DNA of 54,467 nucleotides, filler included, from Sluysia triapertura (Eukaryota): NCBI GenBank assembly GCA_046118255.1. It is 4 parts of 4 records of this genome, joined end to end, with 100 filler letters (N's around TTAATTAATTAA, not from the genome) between each part and the next. Parts side by side here need not be neighbours in the genome. Positions count along the whole stretch, not along the records: positions 1 to 12,175 come from JBJNIA010131737.1; positions 12,276 to 23,772 come from JBJNIA010184069.1; 2 more parts are not named here. One strand, 5' to 3'. Shown piece by piece: positions 1 to 13,652 of this stretch (position 1 is its first letter; each line of letters starts with the position of its first letter). The notes under the pieces were generated by a model. It saw only the letters and a program-made list of their open reading frames with translations, ran no database searches and was not told where the DNA came from. The position numbers and the translations under genes were made by a program.

Positions 1-1179
1 AAAGTAGTTATATTCTTGACAGCTGTCAGTAGTAAATGACACATATTTATACAATTGATTAATAGTTTCATAGTATCCTTGAAAAATGTTGAATTTGCCC
101 ACAACTTTATATCAATAATAATAAAATAATAATTTTAAAACTTTAATTCTTTTAATGATGGCTTCTAGGTCCTAAAGAAAAATTCATCAAAAAAGTAATT
201 AATTTAAAATTGTTGCCACAAAAAATTACAACTTATTTTTGTTCGGATTGCGCAACTGCGGAACAGGAGATGGTAGGAAACATGTGGAATTACAAAGAAA
301 ACTTGACACAAAATGATAGATAGGAACAATGAAACATTGTTGCATTGGGAAATATGAAGATGTAAGCATTTGAGATTATTTTGAGAATTGAAGAATATCT
401 TGGAGTTCCAAAAACTTTTATAAGGTGTTGAGATATTACCAAATATTAAATTTAATATTAGATTGAAACAAATTAGGTAGTAATAAAGAATTACTGAAGA
501 AGTAACAAATTGATTGTACTATTGTTAAAGTAATAATTGATTGTAATAATTCCTAAGGATTTCCGACTAAACTAACTTTGTTATTGTGTTATTGCAATTG
601 ATCTAAATTAAAAGACCCACCATTTTGTCTAAGTGAAATAGTATAAAAATCACATTTTACTTGGTATTGTTGAACTGAATTTAAATTAAATAAATGGAGT
701 ACTTGAACATGAACTGGCGAACTTACAGATAAAGACAATGTGAAATTCAGCTACAATTATTTCGAATTCGATTGTACGGCAGATTTATTAGGATTTTATC
801 AGATGTTGCTAAATTTCTCAACCATTCATTGTACATGTTACACATTTAAAAGTATAATCAAACTTGTTCAATATGAACACTAATGTACAAATTTGTTGAA
901 ATGTTCATATTAGAAAATAAGATTAACATCCATTAACATAGGAATAACAAAGATTTCCACAAAAATCGTATTTAACTTTTAACTTTAAATTTTCTCCTAA
1001 CATATTTACTCCCAAGAATATAGTAATTCGATCTTTAGAAAACTTATTATTTGCCTTATCCTCTTTAGAAATTGTATATGTTCTGTTTAATGAACATTTC
1101 CAGAATAGTCCGGTTTTGTCACAGTTATAAACATTTCTATCTTCATATTATTTTGACATGTATAATTCTTAAAATTAAG

Positions 1180-1450
1180 TATACACCTTTCATCCATGGT
1201 TTTTGATTCCTCAATAATTCTTGTGGACGATATCATATGCCTGGAAATAAAAGAATTAAGCAAAGCGTTTGATGCTTTAAAATCATGATTTTCTAAATGC
1301 TGTGCTAATTCTAATACCTTCTATTGCAATATATCACCATTGATACTGATATTCTTGTTCTCTGAATCCGGAATCATTCATAAGGATGGTATCAACTGGA
1401 TATCCACTACGTGAATATGTTTCTTTTCTTTTTGGTATTCAAGTTTGACT
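1180..1450 (-). mobile_element. Decayed pogo/Tigger (CENP-B-type HTH) transposase fragment
   Basis: Minus strand reads KNISINGDILQ*KVLELAQHLENHDFKASNALLNSFISRHMISSTRIIEES, matching the Tc5/CENP-B HTH pattern (ISG.IL..KA...A..L....FKAS.GWL..F..RH.I....I.GES). Stops and frameshifts present. Confidence 0.7.
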
Positions 1451-1924
1451 TCATAATGGAGTCTCTAGATTTCTAAAGAACGAAGAACGAAGATCTAGAA
1501 CAGATTCTGGGTTCTTGAATAAATTTCAATAGCAATATCATTAGTTCTGTGAGTGAATCATAAGTTAATTATGGTACAAGTTGGCAAGATCCTGAAGTTT
1601 TCTATGTGAAATATGTGAAAACGTGCGAATAAAGGTTGAAATGAACCTTAGTCTTCTTTTTAAAATATAGTTTCTAACTCGGATTAATAACGATTCTATC
1701 GAAATAATATCTTACAGGATTTCAGCCCTTATTTCAAATTTTCAATCCTTTATTTCTATCATGCTTAATATTTTTATAAATCTTATACTATTTTTTGAAG
1801 TTTGTAAGATGTACATTACCACATATTAAATCGTTAAAAAACCATTAACAATGCAGTATGAGAAAATATCATAAAAGCACATATTTTAGAAATGAAAAAG
1901 AAGGAAACTTCAAGTATAATGTAT

Positions 1925-2163
1925 GTTTTTCGATTGTGGATTCTTATATTAAAATCGGAGAAACTAAAGCTAGGCCTAAAGGTTGCCAAAATTAAATGAA
2001 GACCAGATAAACACATTGAAAGACTGGATTGATCAAAAAAACTACCATATCTTTGAGAGATTTAGTTTGTAAATGTGAAGAAGCTTGTAATATCGCTGTT
2101 TCTACAACTACAATTGCTAATTGCATTACGGACTTCAGAGTTTCACTAATTCCAGAGCGCAGA
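1925..2163 (+). mobile_element. Decayed IS630/Tc1-like transposase, N-terminal HTH region
   Basis: Reads VFSIVDSYIKIGETKARPKG..KLNEDQINTLKDWIDQKTTISLRDLVCKCEEACNIAVSTTTIANCI..RVSLIPERR with a frameshift; typical IS630-like winged HTH plus linker. Confidence 0.6.
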
Positions 2164-2331
2164 CACATTATTTAGTTGAGATATAAAATGATTTATGTTC
2201 TTTATAGTTCTTAATTTTAAATTGCCTTGATCTACATTAATCAAAAATTTTAAATTGTTCATCATTATATTCATTAACTTCATATACCACTACAATTTTT
2301 AAAATTTTAAACTTTACATAACAATGAAAAA

Positions 2332-3613
2332 TTATAAAAGACAATTCATAACGAATTTTATTAAAATCTGCAAACTTTTAAATGTTATTTTAGAACTTTG
2401 TCCATTTATAATAATATATGGAACTAGTTTCGAATTCTCGCTTCTTAGCAATGATAAATAACAATGATAAATTAACAATGATAAATTAAATTTTTTAAAA
2501 ATATTAGGAAAGTCAATTACTTTTAATTTCCTAGTGATCTTCTCAGTTGCATCCTTTAAGTTCTTAATATCTTCCATTGATTGTAGAAAATCGACGCATT
2601 CGTTGAGAATTCTTAGTGAATAAACATTATTGCCAGGATAGATAGTGTTCGGTAAGTTTGACTGATGACATCGTGAAAATACATTGTGGAATCCTAATTC
2701 TGTGTTGATCTTGGACTCGGTAATATTAATGACTTTTTCACCCTTAGTATCGTATACTTTGAATAAATCAGTTTGTACACTGATTAAACTGGGTTGGATC
2801 TTTTCAACTTCATCTTTTATTTTTAGAAGATTACGTTTTGTCATTTGATTATTAATAAACATTAATGGCAACTTAAAAACACCATCGATCAACTACTTGA
2901 TTCCTTTCTTGTGTTTGATAAACTGGCTTTGCATTTTATTAATCCACTCCTCGTTTTGTTCAGTCTCAAGATACTTGGAGTCTTTAATAATACATTGACT
3001 GACTATATCTATTACATTTTTACATCTAATGATGACTGACCGTACTTGACATTCTTACTTTGTGATATACTCATTTCATGAACATAGTATTGATGTAGCC
3101 AATTAGTTTCATTTGTAATTACATCACCTTCTTTACTCATGTAGGCAGCAAATTGCTTTAATTGAACCCACTCTTCTACAATCACATTAACATTAGTTTC
3201 GAAACTGTTTAACTCATCTGACAATTCCTTGTTTTCGTTTTTTAATTCATCGCTTTCCAGTTTTGACTTTACAAATTCTTGAATTTTATTATCAACTATT
3301 ATCTTTAACAATTCAGATTCTTTACACTCATGAGAATTACTATCGATCGGGATTGAATAATCTTGATTTTGAACTTCACTTATTAGACGATGGTTTCAGC
3401 TTCCTTAAAGAGAGAAAACGCCTTTATCTTTTCTTCACCACAAGTTACTTCCTTACGAATATTTAATTCCGTCATTTCATAATTTAAGTCGACATACTTT
3501 TTGTGAATTTTCATAAATTTGTTATAACTTTTAACATTAACATGAGACGATTCTTGAAACGAATTTGTCATACTTTTTAGCGACCAAGAATTTTTAACTT
3601 TCTGATTAATCAT
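2332..3613 (-). pseudogene. Decayed intronless ORF of unknown origin (about 420 codons once repaired)
   Basis: ORFs 3383-3613, 3012-3311 and 2332-2892 join through two frameshifts and one in-frame TAG. No recognisable domain. Confidence 0.45.
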
Positions 3614-5009
3614 AACATTGTGTCGTAATAGTCAATAATAAATTTTAGTTGTTGTGTCTCGCTGCTTAATCAAAAATGTTATTTTTGTAAAAATTTTCTG
3701 TTTAATTTGTTTCGCAATACAAGTAACTGCCAAATTAATGATTTCAATTGGGCAGTCAATAAAAATACAAAATATAAGCTAATTGAGTACAAATAAATTG
3801 TCATCACGACCACCATCAATAACGACACATGAACTAAAAATGTCGTCATTGATGATGGTGGCTACCAAATTGAATAATGCAAATTTGAATGATAAAAATG
3901 ATAAAAATTAAAAATGGTGATAATAGCACTAATAACAATAATGTTATTATCATTATTATATACATAAATCTTTTAACTGTTGCATAATCTTGCTTAAACT
4001 TAAATTCCTTTTTATTTCTGAACATATTTGGAACTTTTAATATAACTGATTTTCTTTGTGTGGATGAGAGTCACAGAATTGTGAACTTGTAAAGTTTTAG
4101 ATTATCTTCACGCTTATGTTGTGCTTCTAAGGTTATGACTTGTGAATAAAATGTTTTGAAAAAGATAGTGGTTTAATGGATATAAAGAAGATAAATTATA
4201 GTCTAGATTTTGGTATATTGTGTAATATTGAAAAATATGATTTTGATTGTGTTGATATGGAACTGTGTATAAAAGTGTTTTTAATGAGTTTTAAAATATA
4301 CATTGAAGATTTTGAAAATGAATGTGGTTTTGTTATATTCGGAAGAAAAAGAAAATTTTTTAAATAAAATTTGTTAAAGATAATAGGTTGGCCACCACAA
4401 ATTACACTTTTTAACAATACAATTAATATTTTCTTCCATATTCACTTTTGAATCCATATAACAACCTATATTTCGTACTTTTCGCATCTAGTGTGTCTTA
4501 CCACCTACAATTAACTTTGTTTCATTTATTTTGATATTGTCGCTATTTTTATTACTGAAGATTATAAATTCAGACATTACTTTCTTATTTCAGAAATATA
4601 ATAATAAATAAAATAATTTATAATAATCTAAGCTCTTAGTACTTATTTCGTAATAGATATCGTGATATATAAATTAATATATTATTATTTATATTATTAT
4701 TACTAATATTATCATTATTATTATTATTACTCATATTATACAATAATTATAATTATTTAATCATTTTATAGTATAATATTCAAAATTCAAAATAATTCTC
4801 AGTTCTAAAAGAAAAAAAAACGATTTTCTTTTGATATACATTAATTCAAATTATTTCTGCAAATCGATAAATCAATTAAATTATAATTACTTTTCTAAAA
4901 TAACTATGGCAACGAAATTTAATTTCAGTAACGAAGAACATGACACATTTAATTTTCGATGAATTTATATTTGTTTGTTGAAATTTTCACTTTTATAATT
5001 ACTGAAATA

Positions 5010-5270
5010 ATTGAAACAATATTCGACACAATTTAAATAATATTCGACACAATTTAAATAATATTCGAAACAATTTAAATAATTTTCGAAATAATTTTGA
5101 ATAATGCGCGACACAATTTAAATAATATTGGAAATAATTTAAATAATATTTCGAAACAATAAAAATAAGACTCGATAATACTTAAATAATACTCCAAATA
5201 ATTTAAATAATATTCGAAATAATTTAAATAATACTCGAAATAATTTTTTAAAAACTCGAAATAATATAAA
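5010..5270. repeat. 21-bp minisatellite (AATAATATTCGAAATAATTTA-like), left part
   Basis: About 12 diverged tandem units; the array continues at 9044-9142. Confidence 0.9.
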
Positions 5271-5336
5271 TGTTACGCTTCATAAAATGAGTTGACCGGG
5301 GATCGAACCCGTGACCTCTTGCTGCGCAGTTCGATG
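5271..5336 (-). mobile_element. tRNA-containing TRIM solo LTR, 3' half (split by a non-LTR element)
   Basis: Matches the other LTR copies from TGTT up to GTTCGATG; the remainder resumes at 8954. TSD TAAA at 5267-5270 and 9044-9047. Confidence 0.85.
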
Positions 5337-8300
5337 TATTAATGTAATAGTTTCAGTTTCTTCTTTCTCTTTTTTAGAGAAGGAAAGTAATCTTCTCTCT
5401 TCTATTCAGGGACCTTGTAGGACATGGTCGCGGTATGCGTTATTCGAGGACTCCACAGCTAGTCATACCAGAGTCTTGATTTCGGTCTTGTAGAAGCCAA
5501 GTGCCTTGAGAAGCTTGTCATTCTCGGGATCCTATGAGCTCAAGGCTCCAACGACGAATGTATCCAGAGACACCTAGCACTTCAGTTGTTCCTGCAGTTT
5601 GCCCTGCAGATCAAAATACTTCGCAATATTGGTGGTTCGGGCTATTTCGAAATTTTTCTTCACGTCCAAGGGAGTTTTGACATCACTCAAGAACAGTTGC
5701 GATGAGGAAGTATCGCCGGCCTGTATGTCAGGTCGTCGAGTGTCACCGATAATTGGTGTAGGCGAATCCTTGATGACCGAGAATCCCTTCTGAGTCATTT
5801 TATCCACTAGGTAGTTAAGGATTTTGTTGTGCCGGACTGTTATGACTGTGCTTGTCTGAGGACAGAGCACGTATAGAATGGATTCAGATTCGAAGCCACA
5901 CTATCGACATGATACTGGTAGATGGAGACGCATGTTCTGTGGACTGAAATTAAGACTAAGGATGTTGTTTCGGGCCTTGATCATAAACATCCATGCATTA
6001 TTTTCCGGTTCAAGTGACAGGAATTTGTTGGAGAGTGGGGACTGCATGAGAGAGTTGACCTAGATACCATGGCACTTGAGAGACTTCCAGATATTTGTAT
6101 TGCAAGTGCTGATCAACTCGTGTAGGTATTTGCCGACTTTGTTCTTGTGGTAATTGCTAATGATGATTGGGCTATCACCAAGTAGGTCGACTTCAGTGAC
6201 AGTTGGACATTGCAGTTGTCAGAGCAGATGAATGAAGCAGTGATTCTTAATAGAAGTTCGGATTTTCGACCACCAGGTTTGCAACCTAGCGCGCGTATCC
6301 GTCGAACTTCCATTGAGGTATTGTATATTGATGTTCAGGTTCCTTAGATGGAACGGAAGTCTGGACTTCACAAAGTTCCTGTACATTAGGTACTCATTTT
6401 GACTTCGAGATTAGTTCGGTGTATTTTGTTCTCGTTTAATAAATCATTAATAATTTGCCGTTTATAACCAAATGGAGCGCCAAGATATAGAGTTTGGTTT
6501 TCGCTGGTGACACAGGGAATCGGAGTATTTTCGATTAGTATGGGAGAGCAAGTGTCGAGCTAGCTCAGAGTGGTTATTGAATATTATTATTATTATTGAA
6601 TTTTATTATGCTGGTTGACCAGATTGACGATTGTGCAACTTACTCTGGTTCTTTCGGAGGCTGCATCCATCATAGGGGTTGAATTTCTGTATCAGGTAAC
6701 AAGTGGTACAGCGGGCAGTATCAGGGGGTTTCATTGTGTAATGTATATGGTTGGTTTGTTCTTCATGGATTGTGGTTAGGTTTTTACCAGAACCTCTGAT
6801 TGTTGGGTTGAGGACCTGAGTGTGCTCAATATGTGTTTAGATAAACTCATTCCAGTGGATGGACTGGTTGCAGGAAGACAGGACTTTGACTTCATTCATT
6901 TTGAGGTTAACTCGGTTGGTATAGTTCTTGTTTCTTATTTTGAGACCAAGCATAAATACATTTGATATGGTCAGATGTAAGAATTCTTATTTGGGTGGAA
7001 GGGTCAATGGTGGTTGCAGATGCTGATATTACTGTCTTCGTCCACAGGAGTTACGAATAAGTCATTTGCTGAGGCAGTATACTTGGCTGCAAACAAAGTG
7101 GACGTATTATATTTTTCTTATTATTTTATATATTATTTTTCTTCAATGTTGCGGGATACGAAAAGGCTCTAAACAATGCAGTATATTTTGCTACTGTGTG
7201 ATCGCTAAAAGATCATGGTTAATGATGGAGTTCATTTCAGGTTCATGATTTAATGATTTTTTGAAGGGTGGGGAGTTATTTGGTGAAGCCACTTGAGACC
7301 AAGTGTATTTCAGTGAAGGTTGGGTCGATATTTCCATTGGTTCTGTGGTGCACGGTTCTTTATTTTTTATTATGGGTAGTAAATCGATCAGTAGGTTGTT
7401 CCAATGTTATGGTTTCCGCCATAACTTCAATATCATCAACATGATCCAGTAGGATGAAAATTTTCTTCCTGTTTCTTTTTCTTTTTCCGTTACTGTGTAC
7501 TTTTTCATCAGCTTCATTCACTTTATTTATTTTGTTTCTTTGTTTATTCGTATGATTTATTTCTTTTTCCTCATCGAGTTTGTTTAGCACTATTTCTGAG
7601 CCATTTTACCTTATTATCAATTTGTTTTCATTTAATAACTTTTCATTGTACATTTTTATATTATGATTTCGTTTCTTTCACAACTTGTATTTTTTCGGAG
7701 CTTTTAATTGATTAGGTAATTGTGCAGTTGGATTATTTACTGTTATTTGTTTACGTATTTCATTAGTAGTTTGTGTAATAGGTCTTAATTGGTGATGAAA
7801 TTGCCTAATTGGAAGCGTGTTAGTAATTATTGCTTGTGCAATATTTGAACGTTTTTGTTCGTGAATTAACTACCGCTTGAACTGTCACTGAGATTTCATA
7901 TTTTGGCTGTGGTTTAGCATTGGGTTTTATATCAACCCAGGTCAATTTCAGTGATTTGATTGGGTTTACTTTCGACTCGAATTTCCTGGTTTTTCGAGTT
8001 TTAAGTTCGGTGGCGGAACTACTGGACTACACCGGCTGAACCTTCTTCATGGGATAGGTTCAGCGCAGTCTATTTTTTCCGGGATTCCGATAGTTTCGGC
8101 TGAGAAACTCGTAATCGGTTGCAGCAGCCGGATCGATTGATATATCATTTCCGAGATTATGTTAAGATATGTACCAATCGAGTAGGCCGACTGTAACTTT
8201 TCCGAGTTTTTCGCATTTACAGCTGCGGAACTGGGAATCTGTTGTTGTGGTCGAATCAAGTGTTGGATTTTTTTAGAATCAATATTAATAAATGTACCTC

Positions 8301-8953
8301 GTTTTTCTAAAGCATCGAGGTACCCACACACCATGACCCCGCAATCATAGCTGTTACTCTGAAGCTGGTATTGGAATGGCGATTGTTGTAGCAGCGTTAT
8401 CGCTGGAAGTTCTAGTGCCACCATGAGCTTTCGTAGAAGTGCAAGAGTTTTCCGGGGTTCGCCAAATTAGAGGATCCAGCAAAAATGCGGTTTGTTGCAG
8501 TGTAGTGACCATAAATAAGGAGAAACGATTTCGGTAATTGATCAGAATGGCGTAGGTAGTGATCTTACCGCTTAGTTTAATTATGGCTCTTCTGAATAAT
8601 TCCATATCAGCACACTTGAGATACACTTGTGGTATCGTGCTGAAATTGGCCACATTTGTGTTGTTTTGGGATGAGAAATACTTCTCTAATTCATCATCGT
8701 ACAGTCACAATTCTTCGACACCAGTACCGCCGCCAGATAGGGGGAAGACAAAATTTTTCCTTGTTTTTTCATCATTTTCCATATTTTCTGAAAGCAATCG
8801 AACTAGTAAAACAAAAGTTACACATTTCAATTGTTAAATAAATAAATATCAAAATGCAATATTTAATATTGTATATGCAAAATCATAGATTCTATATTTA
8901 TTCTTGTTTTTTTCATCATTATGGAATTTTTCATCTTCTTGTTAAATAATTGG
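5337..8953 (-). mobile_element. Decayed NeSL/R2-superfamily non-LTR retrotransposon (Ulp1 protease + RLE endonuclease, RT mostly deleted)
   Basis: From ATG near 8782: Ulp1 motifs (*LYDDELEKY, LLDPL, QSNSYDCGVMVC). Late RT motif YLGAPFG near 6470-6490. Zinc knuckle CR*CGFESESILYVLC, then RHN, RPDI, DVKTP, KYFDL and FVVGALSS*DPEN of the restriction-like endonuclease at about 5410-5920. Many stops and frameshifts. Confidence 0.85.
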
Positions 8954-9043
8954 CTCTACATACTGAGCGATCAGTCCCATCTCACAATTTTATTTTATTA
9001 TAGTCAATTTTACCAAAGGGCACTTTAGGCTTTTACCCCAACA
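8954..9043 (-). mobile_element. tRNA-containing TRIM solo LTR, 5' half
   Basis: CTCTACA.ACTGAGC...TTATAGTCAA...GGCACTTTAGGC...CCCCAACA continues exactly where 5336 stops. Confidence 0.85.
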
Positions 9044-9142
9044 TAAATAATATTCGAAATAATTTAAATAATACTCGAAATAATATAAATAACATTCGAA
9101 ATAATGTAAATATAACCTGACATAATTTAAATAATACTCGAA
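9044..9142. repeat. 21-bp minisatellite, right part
   Basis: Same unit as 5010-5270. Removing 5271-9047 restores unit register. Confidence 0.85.
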
Positions 9143-11000
9143 ACCCTTTTGGATATTTCATTAAATATCTTTCATTTATCCTTCTATCCCAGCGTTACTT
9201 AAACATACGATTATTTATTATGACATTAAAATTATGCTTATGCTTACCAAGTGTTCAAATATGTGATGTTTGCTGATATACTTTTTCCATGGAAGATAAT
9301 CATACTTGTACTGTTCTATATTTTTAGGGAAATTATGCATTTGCTCTGACGTTTCTCACATTTAACATTCGATAAAAGATTTTTGATCAAAGTCCGGTTA
9401 CAGTAAACGTTTTATGTCGCATAAGCTAATACTTTATTTAAATAGCAATATATCTTAGGATCTTATCAAATGCTCGATTAACTACGTAATTAATTGTTTC
9501 AAAAACTTCTTAATTTAATCTACAATTTCAAGTTAAACTTTTATTTAATTAAATGAAAAGAAAATTATAACCTTATTGCTCACAATAAACGAATAATTGA
9601 ATGTTATAACAATAAGGGTTAAAGGTTGTAGTCAACTCCAGATCACAAACAAACATCAACATAAATCAACATTTCTTACATAAACAAATTACTAAACAAA
9701 TTACTCAATACATACAAAACATAAACATAGTCGTAATTATTACAATAATAATTATAATAATTTATTGATATAATTTTATGAATGTTATTATAATAATTTT
9801 TAAATTTCTTAAAATGTTTGGTTTGTTGTTCTTCTTGTTTGTTTATCTTTATGTTTTTATTTTATTTTATTTTTATTTTTATTGTTCCTCGAATTTTATC
9901 AGTATTATTATTGTTATTATTTCTGCTACTTCGACTTATACATGTTTCATTATATTGCTCAAAATTGTTTAACATAAATCTTTAATTGTAATATTTTTAA
10001 AACAATCTATTTCTATCTGAATATGTTTTAAAATGCAATGTTACTCGATGAGTACACATTCTCAGTCGACTAAACAAGTCACACAAAACCCATTTTGGCA
10101 TAACTGCAAGCTTCATATTAAACGAAATTTAAAATATACTTCACACATCATTCCAAAATAACTCGCTATTATCAACTGAAAATCACCAATACGCACAACA
10201 GTTTTAATAATTGTTACTTATATTGCTAGAAAGCGTATGCCGCCTTTAATAATTAATTTTAATGTTGTACTAAGTCAATTGCATTATTGATACTAGTTGG
10301 TATTTATTATTCAACAATTTATCAATCATTTTCACTATTTATTTATCAAAGAATTATACTGACTTTCGAACAAATATTTTTAGAAGTATGTCGTTATGTT
10401 TTTACATTGTTCTATTAGTTAATACTAATTCCTGTATTCTAAATATATTTATTTTGTTCGAATTAATGTTTACGATTTTTGTCAAAGTCATTAAGCCTAA
10501 ATTAAATGTTCTTAAAGTTATTTTTAAGTTAAATGTTTATAATAATAAAAAAGAACAATACAAATTTCTCATAATTTGCAAAAATGATAATAAAATTTCA
10601 TTACATAAATAAAATCATAAAACGTATAAACTTCTCCATGTAGGTAAAATATAAAAAGATGACATTTTAAAATTAAAGCTCAAAGAGCGTTTAATCTTAT
10701 AACTTTAATATGTAACTGTAATTATAACTGTAATTAAAATAATTGAGATTTCGAGTGTATTTTATAATTTTAACTTCGAAAATTTATCTTAAACGTTATA
10801 TATGTACCACAAAATGGAACCCCGGAATAATCGTGAATTGTTGCTGATGCCAAATTACGAGATTACTGAATTCACTGGTAGCTGTGGACAGGTTAACTAA
10901 AAAATTCCACGAAATTTCAATCATAACAAGTTGTGAAAATGAAAATAACTGACACTGCAAATTTTATAAAAGTAGTACAAAAATCAAGATGGCGGTTTTA

Positions 11001-11150
11001 TATACTAGTCATCAGCCAATAGGAATCGATGGAATGTTCTAGAAGCTTATATTCTAGTTTTAGAAGTGAATTTTTTTCGAAAAATAAGACTTTTTAAATG
11101 ATTTTAAAAATTGTGATGGTATTTTAAATGATTCAGAGGGTTATGATAAG
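11001..11150. repeat. Dispersed repeat, inverted copy at about 28761-29030
   Basis: TATACTAGTCATCAGCCAAT..AATCGATGGAATGTTC matches the reverse complement of 28985-29028; a second shared block is TTTTAAATGATTTTAAAA. Confidence 0.6.
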
Positions 11151-11209
11151 AACCTAACGTATTTAGCAGCTAATTGTTTTCTGATTCAATATTTATAAGA
11201 AACATCTCT

Positions 11210-11592
11210 TGTTAGACTTCATTTAAATGAACTTTACGGGTTTCGAACCTGGACTCTTCGATGTTCTTACCACTGAGCTATTTTATCATATTTTGTTTTA
11301 TTATAGTCAATTATATCATTATTATATGGCACTTTAGGCCTGTATCCCAACATCTCACCCAATTCAATTATGTTTGTCCTCATATATCTTGTAAATCATT
11401 TAATTCAACATCAAAAAGGTATTCGATATGTGGGCTCACCAAATGGACTGACGGGAGTCGAACCCAGGCCCTCTCGCTGCGCAGTTCGATGCTCCGACAA
11501 ATGAACTATCAGCCCCGTCTAACAATTTTATTTTATTATAGTCAATTATACTATCATTATTTTGAATGGAACTATAGGCCTGTACCTCAACG
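11210..11592 (-). mobile_element. Two-LTR tRNA-containing TRIM (LTR-PBS-internal-PPT-LTR)
   Basis: LTRs at 11210-11352 and about 11441-11592 flank a ~90-bp internal region homologous to 49665-49757, with PBS TGGTGAGCCCA and purine tract GAATTGGGTGAGA on the minus strand. No TSD visible. Confidence 0.85.
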
Positions 11593-12175
11593 TAGCTAAG
11601 CATTTTCTATAATAATTTATCGGAAAATATACATTTTCTCTCTATAATAGTCAATTTTATTCTATAATATAACTGTATTTACAGTTGCACGCTTCTATCG
11701 TCTTCTTGTTCTTGTTCCAGCTCTTTTCTAAATGATTAAGTACGGCAAGTTCATTGTTCGTATTTTTTGTCATTTTCGAATACTCACAGTTTTTCATAAA
11801 CGTCCAAAACATTTTATTTCATTAAATATGTATTTTAACAATTAAAATTTCCTTCAATATTTTCTTTACAATTAAAAGAAAACAAACAAATAAATAAAAT
11901 ACAAATCCAAAATCAATAAAATTTCTAATAAAATTACAGTTTTCATTAGATAATGGACCCATTAAATTTGATAATTGTGTTACATATTGTACATATTATT
12001 ATTATTACTAATTATTACTAATTATTACTCATTATTAATTATTATTATCGTTATTATTATTACCATTATTATTATCATAATTATTATTCTTATTATCAAT
12101 ATACAGAATCCACAGTAATAGTAAGAGCTAGGTGATGGGTTGTATTTCGTTTATGTTTCAAAAATATACAACCAG

Positions 12176-12275
12176 NNNNNNNNNNNNNNNNNNNNNNNNN
12201 NNNNNNNNNNNNNNNNNNNTTAATTAATTAANNNNNNNNNNNNNNNNNNNNNNNNNNNNNNNNNNNNNNNNNNNN
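12176..12275. other. Artificial contig spacer N44-TTAATTAATTAA-N44
   Basis: Six-frame stop linker in exactly 100 nt; identical at 23773 and 34699. Confidence 0.95.
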
Positions 12276-13652
12276 GCCCTCGCTGGTAAGTCCAGTACGT
12301 TGGTGAACTCACATTTAAGTTTTAAATAAACTCTTTCTTTTATTCTCTCACATCTTGCTCAATGAGGTAAACATTATCCAGACATTGTCACAAGCATCTT
12401 TTGAAATAGCGAAATATCTAGACGAGCTTTTTCAAACCCTTCATACATTTTATTTCTTGTTTCGAAATTTTTTCCACCGTATGTTTTCTAAAAAGCCGAT
12501 GAAATAAAATCTCGTTCTTTTCCTTCATACTGAAATAAATTCTCGGATTCTGGAGTCAAAATATTATCTACTGTACTTTTTGCTTTCTTAAAAGCATTTA
12601 ATACTGCATTTTCTTCGTGTAAACTGGTGAAATATAAACGCAGCTTCTTTAAAACATTCTGGGCACGATAAACCTTCCTTTTCAGTCACAAAATTTATCA
12701 GTAGAATAAATAAATAAGCATAATGTGATTCGAATTTTTAAAATTAATAATATTAAAACAATATGTTTCTTTTCTTTTCTTTTTCTTTGTTTTGGATTTG
12801 AAAAAATATTACATAAATATAACGTAATATATAATACAAAATATAATAATATAATACATATAAATGAAACAAAATAAAATAAAAGAGATGTGGGGCAATA
12901 ATGATGACGTGATGACGTTAGGGATTATCTTTACTGTGAAGTTTAACTTAAATTTTAATTTATATTAACTGACTATGACTTTGTTTGTTGAGATGTTGTA
13001 AATATAAGTAAAGTGTGATGGTGAAAACATGAGATTTGACAAGATAGTGTTAGTGAAGCATGTAGAAATGTATTGTTATATTTTTTGTGGTACAGTTTTT
13101 GGTGTATATGATTATTGTTATAAATGTAATGTGATTGCAGTGGCACATTACCACCACAACCTGATTATTTCTATACAATAACATAAACCACTTACACGCT
13201 TTTCCTAAAATAACAGTGACATTAAAAATAATTATTTTGCTGCCATATCTGAGATTATTCATTAATATTCAGTGTTAGTACCGAATTGAAATTAAATTGT
13301 GCATCGTCGTATGACTTATTTATATTCAAAATATAACAGCAAAATGACAGTCACAAATTGATCTAACCTAGTTGTGGTTAGTAGAAGTATGAAATATAAA
13401 AATTATACGAATTCAAAAATGAATATTCGTTTTTTCATTTCCATTTCACTAAAATCGTATGTATTTCGGTCCTACGATGGTGTTTCCGTTTAATCCGTAA
13501 CCTTTATTTTCTAATTAAATACGGTTTTCCTTTATTTTCTAGTACCACTTTTGAAATATTTATTTCTTACTTTTAAGTTTCTATATATAGATCCATTAAA
13601 AGATAAATAAACAAATACTGAAAATAAAATTCAGTGATAATATAAATGTTAG

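Noticed and set aside
5010-5270. CRISPR-like array
   Set aside because: Units are directly tandem with no unique spacers, there are no cas genes, and the context is eukaryotic.
12220-12231. TTAATTAATTAA as a conserved biological motif
   Set aside because: It always sits in the centre of N44/N44 runs: an assembly linker.
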